Below, piece by piece: positions 37,928 through 46,983 of a stretch of DNA of 64,000 bases. Numbering within the stretch: the stretch's first letter is position 1; each line of letters begins with the position of its first letter. The notes below the pieces were generated by a model. That model was not told the origin of the DNA and did no database searches. It was given only the letters and a program-made list of their open reading frames with translations. Origin of the DNA: Verrucomicrobiaceae bacterium (GTDB lineage: Bacteria > Verrucomicrobiota > Verrucomicrobiia > Verrucomicrobiales > Akkermansiaceae); the NCBI GenBank assembly GCA_027487355.1, contig JAIYDT010000470.1, forward strand, positions 10,199 to 74,198, read 5' to 3'. Made by a program: the position numbers and the translations under genes.

Positions 37928-39181
37928 TTACGAGTTCCGAAGCGGGGAGATCAAATTGGCATCACCAAGAATGGCGCAACATTTTTTCACGATTTCCAGC
38001 GTTACCGCTTTGAATTTCGGCTGCTTCCCAGGTGCCTGTGGTGACTGAAGGTGGTAGAGCACCGATTCAATTTGTGAGTCGTCGAGCATCTGTCCCGGAT
38101 TGTTGAGGAGCGTACCTAGGAACTCGATATAGTCACTTCGCGTTCGTGGGTCTTTTGCGATTGGTTCACCATCCGGTCCGGCGCTGAGGAAGTCGTTCAG
38201 CGCCTCGCGTCGCTCATCGAGGGTATCCGGCATGCCCTTGTTCTCAAAGTGCTTCACGCACTCATGGCAAACCGTCAGCCACTTCTTGGTTTCACGGCTA
38301 TTGTTCCCTGCTGCAGCGGCGGCCTGCTTTTTCTTCTTGGCTAGGGCACGATCTTCTTGTGTTGCAGAAGACTCCAAACCGAGCTGAGAGTTGCGACTCT
38401 GCCATTCATCGCCAAAATTTTTAACAATCCAGTAGAGGGTGGAAATCTGGGTCACCGGCTTGCCTTCCTTGTGCCAGAAGTCCGCCCCTTGAATTCCAGC
38501 CAAAGCCTCAATACGAAGCGTGGCAATTTCCTTTGCAAAGCGGTCCTCTCGGGTATCCCAGAATTTCAGAAACGATTCGAACAGCCGGGTGGAATTGACC
38601 TTTTCTCCTCTCACGGCGAATTGAATCGCACTCAAAAGAGTGCAGGGAAGTATCGGAACATTTTTGGTCGGAGTGCTTGCGGCAATGGCAAGCAATTCGG
38701 AGGCCATCATTGACTCGACACCCTGCCGGTACAGTTCCATTGTGCGTTCGAGTTCGACGAGCGCCTCTACGACGGGCCTCTTTACTGGGTCGGTCATTAC
38801 CCACTCGTTTAGAGAGTCGTGTGAATCACAGGCCAAGCTGGAGGCCAATTTTTCGAGAGTGACGTGGTTCATTTCTGCAAGCATTTTTCGACGTATTCCT
38901 TCCAACCTGTTGGAACGTTCCACTCGGCGAGCAACGAACTCTTCCAGGTCCGAGTCGGAGGTGTTAGGAACGGCCAGATAATTGGCATCCTGATGACTCA
39001 GGTCCAAATAGTCTTGGATGGCTTTGAAAGCGACATCGCGATGTGTCAATCGTGCCCAAAGTCGTTTGGTCTGCTCATTGAGTTCGCAGACCAGACTGAC
39101 ATCCGCGGCCTCGTTGAGAACTGAGCCTTCTCCTTCTTGGTCTCGTCCATTCACTGAGTCGGTGTTGTTTGCTGCCGCCAT
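37928..39181 (-). CDS. Hypothetical protein
   Basis: 417-aa helical ORF, co-oriented with the primase; no motif recognised. Confidence 0.65.
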   Translation of the reverse strand: MAAANNTDSVNGRDQEGEGSVLNEAADVSLVCELNEQTKRLWARLTHRDVAFKAIQDYLDLSHQDANYLAVPNTSDSDLEEFVARRVERSNRLEGIRRKMLAEMNHVTLEKLASSLACDSHDSLNEWVMTDPVKRPVVEALVELERTMELYRQGVESMMASELLAIAASTPTKNVPILPCTLLSAIQFAVRGEKVNSTRLFESFLKFWDTREDRFAKEIATLRIEALAGIQGADFWHKEGKPVTQISTLYWIVKNFGDEWQSRNSQLGLESSATQEDRALAKKKKQAAAAAGNNSRETKKWLTVCHECVKHFENKGMPDTLDERREALNDFLSAGPDGEPIAKDPRTRSDYIEFLGTLLNNPGQMLDDSQIESVLYHLQSPQAPGKQPKFKAVTLEIVKKCCAILGDANLISPLRNS

Positions 39182-39340
39182 AGCGAAAACCTAGAAAAAA
39201 GCTCGTTCTGTTCAAGCCGAGGCGTTGTGGATGTTCGACTGTAGCACGTGGAGCGTCTTTTTACGTGCGATAGCTCCTTTTTCAATTGGTTTAGACCTGA
39301 TCGTAAATGAGCACGCAGGATTTCCGAGGCGTCCAAAAAC

Positions 39341-39354
39341 TGTTCTTTGGAACA
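39341..39354. promoter_or_regulatory. Verrucomicrobia-type LexA box, perfect match
   Basis: TGTTC-TTTG-GAACA, about 28 nt upstream of the GTG of the imuA-like pseudogene. Confidence 0.75.
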
Positions 39355-39382
39355 TTTTTCCTGGGCGTGCTTCCATTCCCGG

Positions 39383-39780
39383 GTGACGGGAACGATCGAC
39401 GAACTGCGGAAGCAACTCAGGGAGAGATTCCCTGAGGCGCAAGTCGCTTGGCAGGAACCGGTGGAGGAGCCGATGCCGTCCGCGTCCCCGTTTTTTTGCC
39501 GATGCCTTTCCACCCGGGGCGATTTCTGATGTGATTCCTTCCGGTCACGAGTCTGGGCAGGCCTGCTGCTGGCAGGTTTGATGGGCGAGGCAGAGGAGCC
39601 CTCTCCCCTGCCCTCTTTCATCCTGATCGACGGCGGTGACAGCTTCGATCCCTCATCGCTGAGTGAAGCGGCCTGTTCCAGACTGCTTTGGGTGTGTTGC
39701 ATGTCGATGACGGTAAGGCTGAAGGCCGGCAACTTGCTGGTGCGAGACGGAAATGTGCCGTTCGATTTCCAACTGACTGG
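39383..39780 (+). pseudogene. imuA: ImuA-like (RecA-fold) pseudogene, frameshifted and truncated
   Basis: ELRKQLRERFP, then FHPGAISDVIP in a shifted frame, then LIDGGDSFDPSSL..SRLLWV..LLVRDGNVPF. No imuB or dnaE2 follows. Confidence 0.65.
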
Positions 39781-40038
39781 CACAGCGGATTGGAAATTGC
39801 ATGCTTGTAGACAATTGAAATTAAGCCGCATGCAACGGAAATGATCCGAGTAGGTCTATCAAACAAGCAGAATTCCCTTGCGCTTGAATTTCAAAATCGA
39901 TAGATCCTAACACAAATGTGTAATACTCCGAGATCTGGTGCGCTTGGCAGCAATTTTTTCACGAGCTTACTGATAAGCCTTCGTAAGGCTGAATCATTGT
40001 CTTTGCGGTAAAAGTCGAACCGCGCTTGAGTTTTTTAA

Positions 40039-41736
40039 ATGCAACTAGATCGTTCGTATTCAACTGTGTGCATGAATAATTTGGATGAATTGAATTTGCG
40101 GGCGTCGGTATTGCCATCGTACACCCAATTACTTGTCGCATCTAGTAACAAGATCTCTAGGCAGTGCTGCTATTGCGTGCTGGGATTAGTTAGTGCCGCT
40201 TCCACGCTGCTTGCACCAGTGGCAAATGGTGGGGATCTATTCGAAGTCATACCTTTGACTTGGATCAGCGGAACGAGCTGCGGCCCCCATGACAATGCTA
40301 CAGGGGCTCCGGTAATCTTCCCATCAATTGCAGGAAATGTGGGAATTGATCCTGTGGGAGTTGAGGAAAAATTGGACAACATTTTGCTCAAGAACAATCG
40401 AATTCCAGCCATCTTGATTCAGTTCCCGTTGATTAGTTCACCGACTCACAAAATCAACATTCTCCGCACGGAGTCAAAGGGTTCGACATTGATACTCTCG
40501 GCTAGTGCAGCCACAATAAAGGAGATCCGCAAGCTGAACTGGACTGAGTTTCAGTTACTGCAGCGTGAGTTTGCATGCTGGTTGATTCGGTTGAACGAGC
40601 CAAAGTATCTCTTTGATTACTTCAGGAAGCCTATCGACGGCTTTCAACATCCCATCGAGGAGAAGCTGCTCGAATTCTGGCATCGAGTACTGACGACGGC
40701 GTCTTTCGACGCGTTCGCAGCAGATAAGGCAGTCAAGGATCGCTACTTTCCCACGCACCTCAGCCGTTCCGTCAATGGGAGAATGGATTCCCCTGGGAAA
40801 AGGATGGGAGCCATCCCCCTACGCCCCGGCATGCGACTTGCAATTCACTGGGGCGGCACTGCTTTGTATGGTTTGGGGTATGAAAACATCACCCGCCAGA
40901 CTAACACGGGAACCTCCACAATCGACTTGGTCGAGGAATCCAAAAGTTGCGTCTTGGCTCCGCTTTCAGAGAGGGCGTTGGGTCGCTTGAAGGCAGTCGC
41001 TGTCTTTGGCGGCGTGCCCAATCAGGTAGGCGAGGAAGCCATCGCCGACAAGATCCTGCCTTTTGGAAACAAACCGGCCACACTCACCGACAAGGTGATC
41101 CCCGTGTTCAACGAGTTCGATCTCCGGAACAAGATGCTGTTGTCCCCCATCTCCGGAGTAGTTGGCAAAGGGGACCTGCTGCTGCTCATTCCTTCCGAAT
41201 ACTCAAAATCAGATCCGGGAGACGATAAGGACAACAAGTTTTGGTCCACCGACGCGATCGGAGCGGAGGCGGGGAGCCCGGACGCCGGCTTAGTTCCATC
41301 CGTTTTCCGCAGATTTGTCATCTGGCAATCCACTCGCAACATGGAGCAAAAAGACCTCGAGGCTTTCAATCCGGTCTTCAGCACTGGGGGCGCTTCGCCA
41401 GGTCAGGCCGGGGACGGGATCAGTTATTGGCCCGGCGTGTTCGGGAATCAAACCTGGGTAGACGTGGAAGTGCCGGTATCGATGAACGGGCAGCCGCCGG
41501 CCTGGGTGCCATTTAAGATGACACTTGCTGAATTTCTGGAAAGGAACGCGGCCCGACTTTTAGATCCCTCGCCAAACGTAGGCGGAACGGATCCACTCTT
41601 CAGCTTCTCACGACGGTTGCCCACCACCGGTTTATCCTACACCTTTGTGGAGTTCCGATTTTGGACTGCTCCTTCCCCCACTCTGTTGAAGCAGACCCAA
41701 CTGCATCCCGGTGACAGCCTCTCCTTCCGCCCATGA
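40039..41736 (+). CDS. Hypothetical protein with a possible ThiS/beta-grasp-like C-terminus; start uncertain
   Basis: 565-aa ORF with an ATGA overlap into the giant gene; ends VSMNGQ..VP..MTLAEFL...LHPGDSLSF. Confidence 0.7.
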   Translation: MQLDRSYSTVCMNNLDELNLRASVLPSYTQLLVASSNKISRQCCYCVLGLVSAASTLLAPVANGGDLFEVIPLTWISGTSCGPHDNATGAPVIFPSIAGNVGIDPVGVEEKLDNILLKNNRIPAILIQFPLISSPTHKINILRTESKGSTLILSASAATIKEIRKLNWTEFQLLQREFACWLIRLNEPKYLFDYFRKPIDGFQHPIEEKLLEFWHRVLTTASFDAFAADKAVKDRYFPTHLSRSVNGRMDSPGKRMGAIPLRPGMRLAIHWGGTALYGLGYENITRQTNTGTSTIDLVEESKSCVLAPLSERALGRLKAVAVFGGVPNQVGEEAIADKILPFGNKPATLTDKVIPVFNEFDLRNKMLLSPISGVVGKGDLLLLIPSEYSKSDPGDDKDNKFWSTDAIGAEAGSPDAGLVPSVFRRFVIWQSTRNMEQKDLEAFNPVFSTGGASPGQAGDGISYWPGVFGNQTWVDVEVPVSMNGQPPAWVPFKMTLAEFLERNAARLLDPSPNVGGTDPLFSFSRRLPTTGLSYTFVEFRFWTAPSPTLLKQTQLHPGDSLSFRP

Positions 41737-44700
41737 TCTTCCAGCGCTGCTTTGTCCAGGACCGCATCGTCGCCTACACTCGTGCGGACAAGCCCGATTG
41801 CGCTTTTATATTCGAGATTCCCGGCGATCAGCCCTTGCCAGCGGATCCGTTGGATATGCCGGATCTTCTTGAAAAGTGGAATGCAGCGGCGACCCTTTCA
41901 GGCACCAAACGCCGCGCGTTATGCTTCTTTTCTAGGGTGACTGTTTCTCCCTTGGACGGTGCCGCGGCTTACGCCGCCGTCGCGGTCGCGAACTCCGTGT
42001 GGGATCGCATCATCTATTGGATGGGGCCTGCCCCAGGCGATCCGCGCCACACGTTTCCTAACGGCGAGCAGGCGCTGGTATCGCTAGGACAGTTGCAACT
42101 GCTCTGTCGTACGGGAGACACGGTACAAACCCTGACGAAGCTCGACGGACTGGGTATCACCTGGGACAAGGGAAAGCTCGCATTGGCCCACTCCCCACCC
42201 ACCAAGTGGGCTCTTTGGGATAAATCCCAGAATGTGAATCTCGCCGAGGCAACGTCGCTGTTTATTGACTTGGAACGCCCCTTCCGGATTGTCAAACACG
42301 GGGAACCGTCAAGCTTGGTCGACGCAGGTGCTATCGAGGTCGGTATTCCAAGCAAGGTAGTCTCCCGTTTGCCGTTGAGGTTCGTGTATCGGCGCACCGC
42401 GAATAGTCCGGGTCCCGACCAGTTCAAATGCGAAGCAGTGCTGGACGGCAGCTTTCTTTCTTCGATCGAAGGCGTCGATTGTTTCTTCGCGCTTGATCCC
42501 AGGGACGAGGGAAACCACAACGCTAGGACACAGCGGTCAAGGATCGAGTTCCCGCACGGAAAAGCCTTCAAGACCCATGTGACGACGGACAAGGGACTTG
42601 CCGTTTACCTGCAAGCCCCGGATTCTCCGGAACGAGCCTCCGCCCTGCTTCAATTCGAGATGACAAAAGGGCGCCAGACCCAAACCGGCTGGGTGCTATC
42701 CACGTCTTCCGTCGCATTCGTGCCGCATGGCGAATTCGTCGTTGCTGGCATCGAGGGCCTTCCGTCAGAAGCGGCAGAGATCGGCACATACCGGATTATC
42801 ACCGGCAAGAGTGCAACTGAATATGTTGAGGTCGGGATTGGGGACATCATGCGCTTTGAACCGGGGCATGCGGCGGTCCTCAAGGTGGAAGGGGACAAGG
42901 CTCCGCCCGGAACTTCGGACGGCAACGTGATTCATAATGGAACAGGATTCATCACGACGTCACGCCTCACGGTAAGAAGGCAGGGCAATGGACCGGCCGA
43001 TTTCCACACCCAACCCGAGCGTTCCCCCGCATTCGAGTCGACAAGGGATTCCAACGCCCCGGCGGACGACGTCCCCGTGACAGCGCTTGAGCGCAAAAGC
43101 CTGGCCTACGGGCAGCTCGGCACACCGGTCCCCTTCTTTCCGTATGGAGGATCCCGCGTGGCGCCGGCCCTCCTAGACGATATTGAGGCCCCCCCTGCTT
43201 ACGATTACGAACAGGTATTCCTCGCGACAGCACGGAGATCGCTGGTGAACCGCACCGGACCTGGATTGGAACTGGACCCGGCGGACGATCTTCCGGCAAC
43301 GGCATTCAAGCCAGCGATTACTCCCCAAGGCATCATCTCCTCTTACCTCGGGGCGGACTACAAGGAACTGCGGTTCGGCGACCCCAGCGGGGGAACAGCG
43401 CTGGAGGAGTTCAAGCTCACGCTGACAAACCCGGGGGGAGCTGGAACGGTCGTCTATGAGGCGATCCAGCGGGCCCTGCGCGCCAAGGACCTGTTTCTGG
43501 TGATGAGGAAACTCGACACCATGGCATCGGCAGTGATCCAAGTCTCGCCCGGACTCAAGGTCAGGGACTTCAGCTTTCAAATGGGAGCCGACCTGAAGGA
43601 TTCTGTGCTGGTGCTCAAATACTTCAAGGGCAAGGCCTTGAAGGACCTGCTGCCCGACGTCTCGATGTGGGCCTGCCGCGAACACCTGGCCAAGAATGCA
43701 GTTTGGACCGGAAGCGCAGTGGAGGACAACAACCTGTCGAAATGGGTCCACGCGCCGGACGCGGATGGCAAGCAGGAGATCCCCAAACCTTTGAAAGCCA
43801 TCTGGGACGACCCGGACTGGCAAGGAGTCCTGCTGTTGAACCTCTCGCTCCCGGAAGGAGGTATGCCCAACCTCTTCGAGGCACTGAAGCCGGGCATGGC
43901 AAAAGGTGGCCTGCGCTTGCACCACTTGGGCCTGAACTATCTGCCGGTCAGGGATAGCGACCTGGGCAATGCCGACGCGCGAAACGGAACGGCCTTTGGC
44001 CTGATGCTCTATGACTCCGGAGGGGAAAAGCTCGACGGCCCAACCTCCTCCGACAAGCCGCCCGCCCCCAACAATGCTCCTTCCCCCACGGCCGAAACCA
44101 GCTACGGGTTCGAGGTGAAGAGCCTGAAGGTGGAGTTCGCCAACAGCCAGGTATCGAGCTTCGACGCCGAGGTCGACGCGTCTTTCACCCATTTGTTCTG
44201 GGACAAGGCGGAGGACAAGGCGGAAGCGGGCAAGGGCCACGTGCTGCCCCTTCGCGGAACCTATGAGTCACGGCGCAATCCGCGGGGCGAAACCGAGGAC
44301 GTTTTCAGCCTGGTGACCGCCGAACCGGAAGAGGTCAAGTTCGCCAACTCGTGGTTGGAAAAGTTCGTGATTTCCCGGGCCGAGTTCGTAGTCACGAGTT
44401 TCGACAAGAACCGCATCGTTTCCTTCCTCGGCTTCTCCGGTGACCTGTTATTCAGAGAACCTCCGGATTTCAACTTGTTCAAAGTCGAGAAGGTCTCGGT
44501 GGAAAAGCTGGGCCTCGAGTTTGACTACAACACCGGCGACACGGACCACCCGTTCAAGTGCCGCTTCCGTGCCGACAGCATCCGCGCCGATGTGAATTTC
44601 GGGGAAACCGGCAAGTCTCTGCTTTCTTCGCTGGGACTCAAGTTCAAGAGCTTCCGCATGGCCCTCGACAAGCTGTTGAGCTTCGACCGCTTGGGTTACC

Positions 44701-46970
44701 TACCACTCGGTAAGTGGGGCGGACCCTCGCTGGAATTCCACTTCGGGCTCGATTTCGAGCTGGATCTCGGGTTCCTCGGCAAACTTTCCGGGGGCAAGGG
44801 CCTGAAACTACCCTTGCTCGTGGGCTGGAAGGCCGGTGGTTTCGACCTCCAGAACCTGGGTCTCGGCATCAGCTTTCCCAACTGGAACGGCAAATCATTC
44901 GAAATCGGCATTCAGTCGTTCGTATCGATTCGCGCCGACTCGGCCACGCTCAAGCCGTGCAAGGGGCCCGACAACAAGCCCACCGCTTTCGCGATCGTAC
45001 TGAGCAAGGCGCGGTTGGTGCTCCTGGGATACGAATGGCCGCGGGAGGCCGATCTGGACCTCGCGATCTTCGTGCCCATCCAGAAAGGCCGCCGTATGTC
45101 TTGGGCCTTAGCCCGGACCGATGACGGTTCCTGGCTCAGGTACATCGCCGCCGGGCATCGCATCAGCCTACCCGCGGGAAAAACCACCAAGGAGGTGGTC
45201 ACGAACTTCAAGAATATCCTCAAGAACGTCCGGGAAAAGGATGAACACGGGAATGAGGACGCCACGAACGACGCCTGCTCCCTGCTGCCCTACGAGGCCG
45301 ACACCGACGCCTGGGTGATCGCCGCGGAATTCGACCTGGTTGAGCTGGTCCAGATCTGGATCGCGGCCTGCGACAATCCCCCGGTTTACGGGCTGCGTGT
45401 CGAGCTCCTGAAATCCGGCTTCTCTGCGGATGCGATGTATCGCCAGCTCGGTCCTGAGGACGGGGTGTTTTCCGCAGAGGTCTCCCTGCCGGATTCACTG
45501 CGAACCTTCCAGGTAGGTATCGCCACGGTGCGCTTGCCGAAGCTGGGCCTGGAGATCTTCACCGACGGCGGCTTCAAGGTGGACCTTGGTTACCCTTGGA
45601 ACAATGACTTCAGCCGGTGCTTCCAGCTCGAGATCGCGATCTTCCTTGGATCCGGAGGCTTCTGGTTCAGCTATACCTCGGGACTCGGCGCCGACTGGAT
45701 CGCGCTGCCTGCGCCGATGGACGGGTACACTCCGCCGGCCGCCAGCGACCTGAAGCAGTACCAAGCCATTAGCGCTGGCATGGCCATGCGCGCGGGCATC
45801 GGGCGAAGCTTCGAGATGGGTATCCTCCACGGGGAGGCCTCGCTCACGGTCTTCAGCACTTTGGAAGGCGGCATTGCCTTCCGGAAGGGAGACAGCAGTC
45901 GCACGCCGGTGCTTTACGGCATCCGCGGCACCATGGGCATCATGCTGCGGATCTGGGTGGAAGTGAACTTCATCATCCTGCGGGCTACGGCGGAGTTCTG
46001 CGCTTACGCTTTGGTCGGCTTCGAGATCCGCCGCGTGCTGGCGCTCAAGGGAGCCGACCACTACGGGCTGACGCTGCCGGTGAAGGTCTTCGCGGAGGTG
46101 GGCATCTACGTGCACGTGGAGATCTGGGTGACGATCGGCTGTGTGAGGGTGAAACTCTTTGACTTGGAGTTCCGTGGCACTTGGTATTGGGAGGAGACCT
46201 TGGGCGGCTACTCCGCGGATTTGATTCACGGGAACGGTGCCCAAGCCCTGGCGGATGATGCCGCGCCGATCGTAACAAAGGTGGAATGGAAAGCGGACTA
46301 CCAGGCGTTTCCGGGCAAGCAGGACTTGGAGATTTTCGTGGCGCTCCTGCCTTGTGTGGCGGATCCTGCGGACCTGGGTATTTCTTCTCCCTCAGAGCAC
46401 CAGCCCTGTGTGGTCACGCAACTCATGCTGCGTGTCAATGATCCAAATGCGGCGCCCGAAGTCATGCATGGGTTTCACAAGCTGGGCAAGTTCATGCTCG
46501 GCTGGGTGATGCAGCCGGCGGAAGCCGCGGACTCCAGGATCATGCGCAAACAGGTCAAGGAAGTACGGGCGCAGTTGGAGGACCAATCGCTCTGGCTGGA
46601 ACTGATGGACTTGGTTGCGCTCCCGGACAACCCGCTGGCACGACAATTCGCCGTATCACTCAACCGGGTGGACCCCGGTCTGGAGGCGGACTTCGCCGCC
46701 CTGCCGGGGTGGCCCGGCGTGCGCTGGCGTTTCAATGCCGACGAGAATGGCACGCCAGGTCCTTCCCCTGACATCCAGCCCCGGCAGCTCAGGGTCGCTA
46801 CCGGACTCCGCGGCGGCGATCTGTGCCTGTTCGTGGACTATCTCCGCGCCTTGACCGGTTCCCTCCTGTCAGAGACCGAGCGCCTGATCGCAATCTCCGA
46901 CGATGCCGCGAAAATGCCCGTGGGCATCACATGGGACGAACTCTGGCAGCAGCTGACAAAATCCGAATAA
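41733..46970 (+). CDS. Giant beta-rich hypothetical protein (1745 aa)
   Basis: Long uninterrupted ORF whose C-terminal half is made of alternating hydrophobic/polar strands with Gly turns. Confidence 0.85.
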   Translation: MIFQRCFVQDRIVAYTRADKPDCAFIFEIPGDQPLPADPLDMPDLLEKWNAAATLSGTKRRALCFFSRVTVSPLDGAAAYAAVAVANSVWDRIIYWMGPAPGDPRHTFPNGEQALVSLGQLQLLCRTGDTVQTLTKLDGLGITWDKGKLALAHSPPTKWALWDKSQNVNLAEATSLFIDLERPFRIVKHGEPSSLVDAGAIEVGIPSKVVSRLPLRFVYRRTANSPGPDQFKCEAVLDGSFLSSIEGVDCFFALDPRDEGNHNARTQRSRIEFPHGKAFKTHVTTDKGLAVYLQAPDSPERASALLQFEMTKGRQTQTGWVLSTSSVAFVPHGEFVVAGIEGLPSEAAEIGTYRIITGKSATEYVEVGIGDIMRFEPGHAAVLKVEGDKAPPGTSDGNVIHNGTGFITTSRLTVRRQGNGPADFHTQPERSPAFESTRDSNAPADDVPVTALERKSLAYGQLGTPVPFFPYGGSRVAPALLDDIEAPPAYDYEQVFLATARRSLVNRTGPGLELDPADDLPATAFKPAITPQGIISSYLGADYKELRFGDPSGGTALEEFKLTLTNPGGAGTVVYEAIQRALRAKDLFLVMRKLDTMASAVIQVSPGLKVRDFSFQMGADLKDSVLVLKYFKGKALKDLLPDVSMWACREHLAKNAVWTGSAVEDNNLSKWVHAPDADGKQEIPKPLKAIWDDPDWQGVLLLNLSLPEGGMPNLFEALKPGMAKGGLRLHHLGLNYLPVRDSDLGNADARNGTAFGLMLYDSGGEKLDGPTSSDKPPAPNNAPSPTAETSYGFEVKSLKVEFANSQVSSFDAEVDASFTHLFWDKAEDKAEAGKGHVLPLRGTYESRRNPRGETEDVFSLVTAEPEEVKFANSWLEKFVISRAEFVVTSFDKNRIVSFLGFSGDLLFREPPDFNLFKVEKVSVEKLGLEFDYNTGDTDHPFKCRFRADSIRADVNFGETGKSLLSSLGLKFKSFRMALDKLLSFDRLGYLPLGKWGGPSLEFHFGLDFELDLGFLGKLSGGKGLKLPLLVGWKAGGFDLQNLGLGISFPNWNGKSFEIGIQSFVSIRADSATLKPCKGPDNKPTAFAIVLSKARLVLLGYEWPREADLDLAIFVPIQKGRRMSWALARTDDGSWLRYIAAGHRISLPAGKTTKEVVTNFKNILKNVREKDEHGNEDATNDACSLLPYEADTDAWVIAAEFDLVELVQIWIAACDNPPVYGLRVELLKSGFSADAMYRQLGPEDGVFSAEVSLPDSLRTFQVGIATVRLPKLGLEIFTDGGFKVDLGYPWNNDFSRCFQLEIAIFLGSGGFWFSYTSGLGADWIALPAPMDGYTPPAASDLKQYQAISAGMAMRAGIGRSFEMGILHGEASLTVFSTLEGGIAFRKGDSSRTPVLYGIRGTMGIMLRIWVEVNFIILRATAEFCAYALVGFEIRRVLALKGADHYGLTLPVKVFAEVGIYVHVEIWVTIGCVRVKLFDLEFRGTWYWEETLGGYSADLIHGNGAQALADDAAPIVTKVEWKADYQAFPGKQDLEIFVALLPCVADPADLGISSPSEHQPCVVTQLMLRVNDPNAAPEVMHGFHKLGKFMLGWVMQPAEAADSRIMRKQVKEVRAQLEDQSLWLELMDLVALPDNPLARQFAVSLNRVDPGLEADFAALPGWPGVRWRFNADENGTPGPSPDIQPRQLRVATGLRGGDLCLFVDYLRALTGSLLSETERLIAISDDAAKMPVGITWDELWQQLTKSE

Positions 46971-46983
46971 CTATTTTCCCTTC

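Larger units (their letters stand above)
33361..39340. mobile_element. Degenerate satellite/integrative element without a visible integrase
   Basis: Primase-helicase, origin-like palindrome and cargo genes, bracketed by two homologous LexA-box/imuA 5' ends. Confidence 0.5.

Noticed and set aside
33361-39340. Intact prophage or complete PICI
   Set aside because: No integrase, terminase, capsid or tail genes and no exact att repeats were seen.
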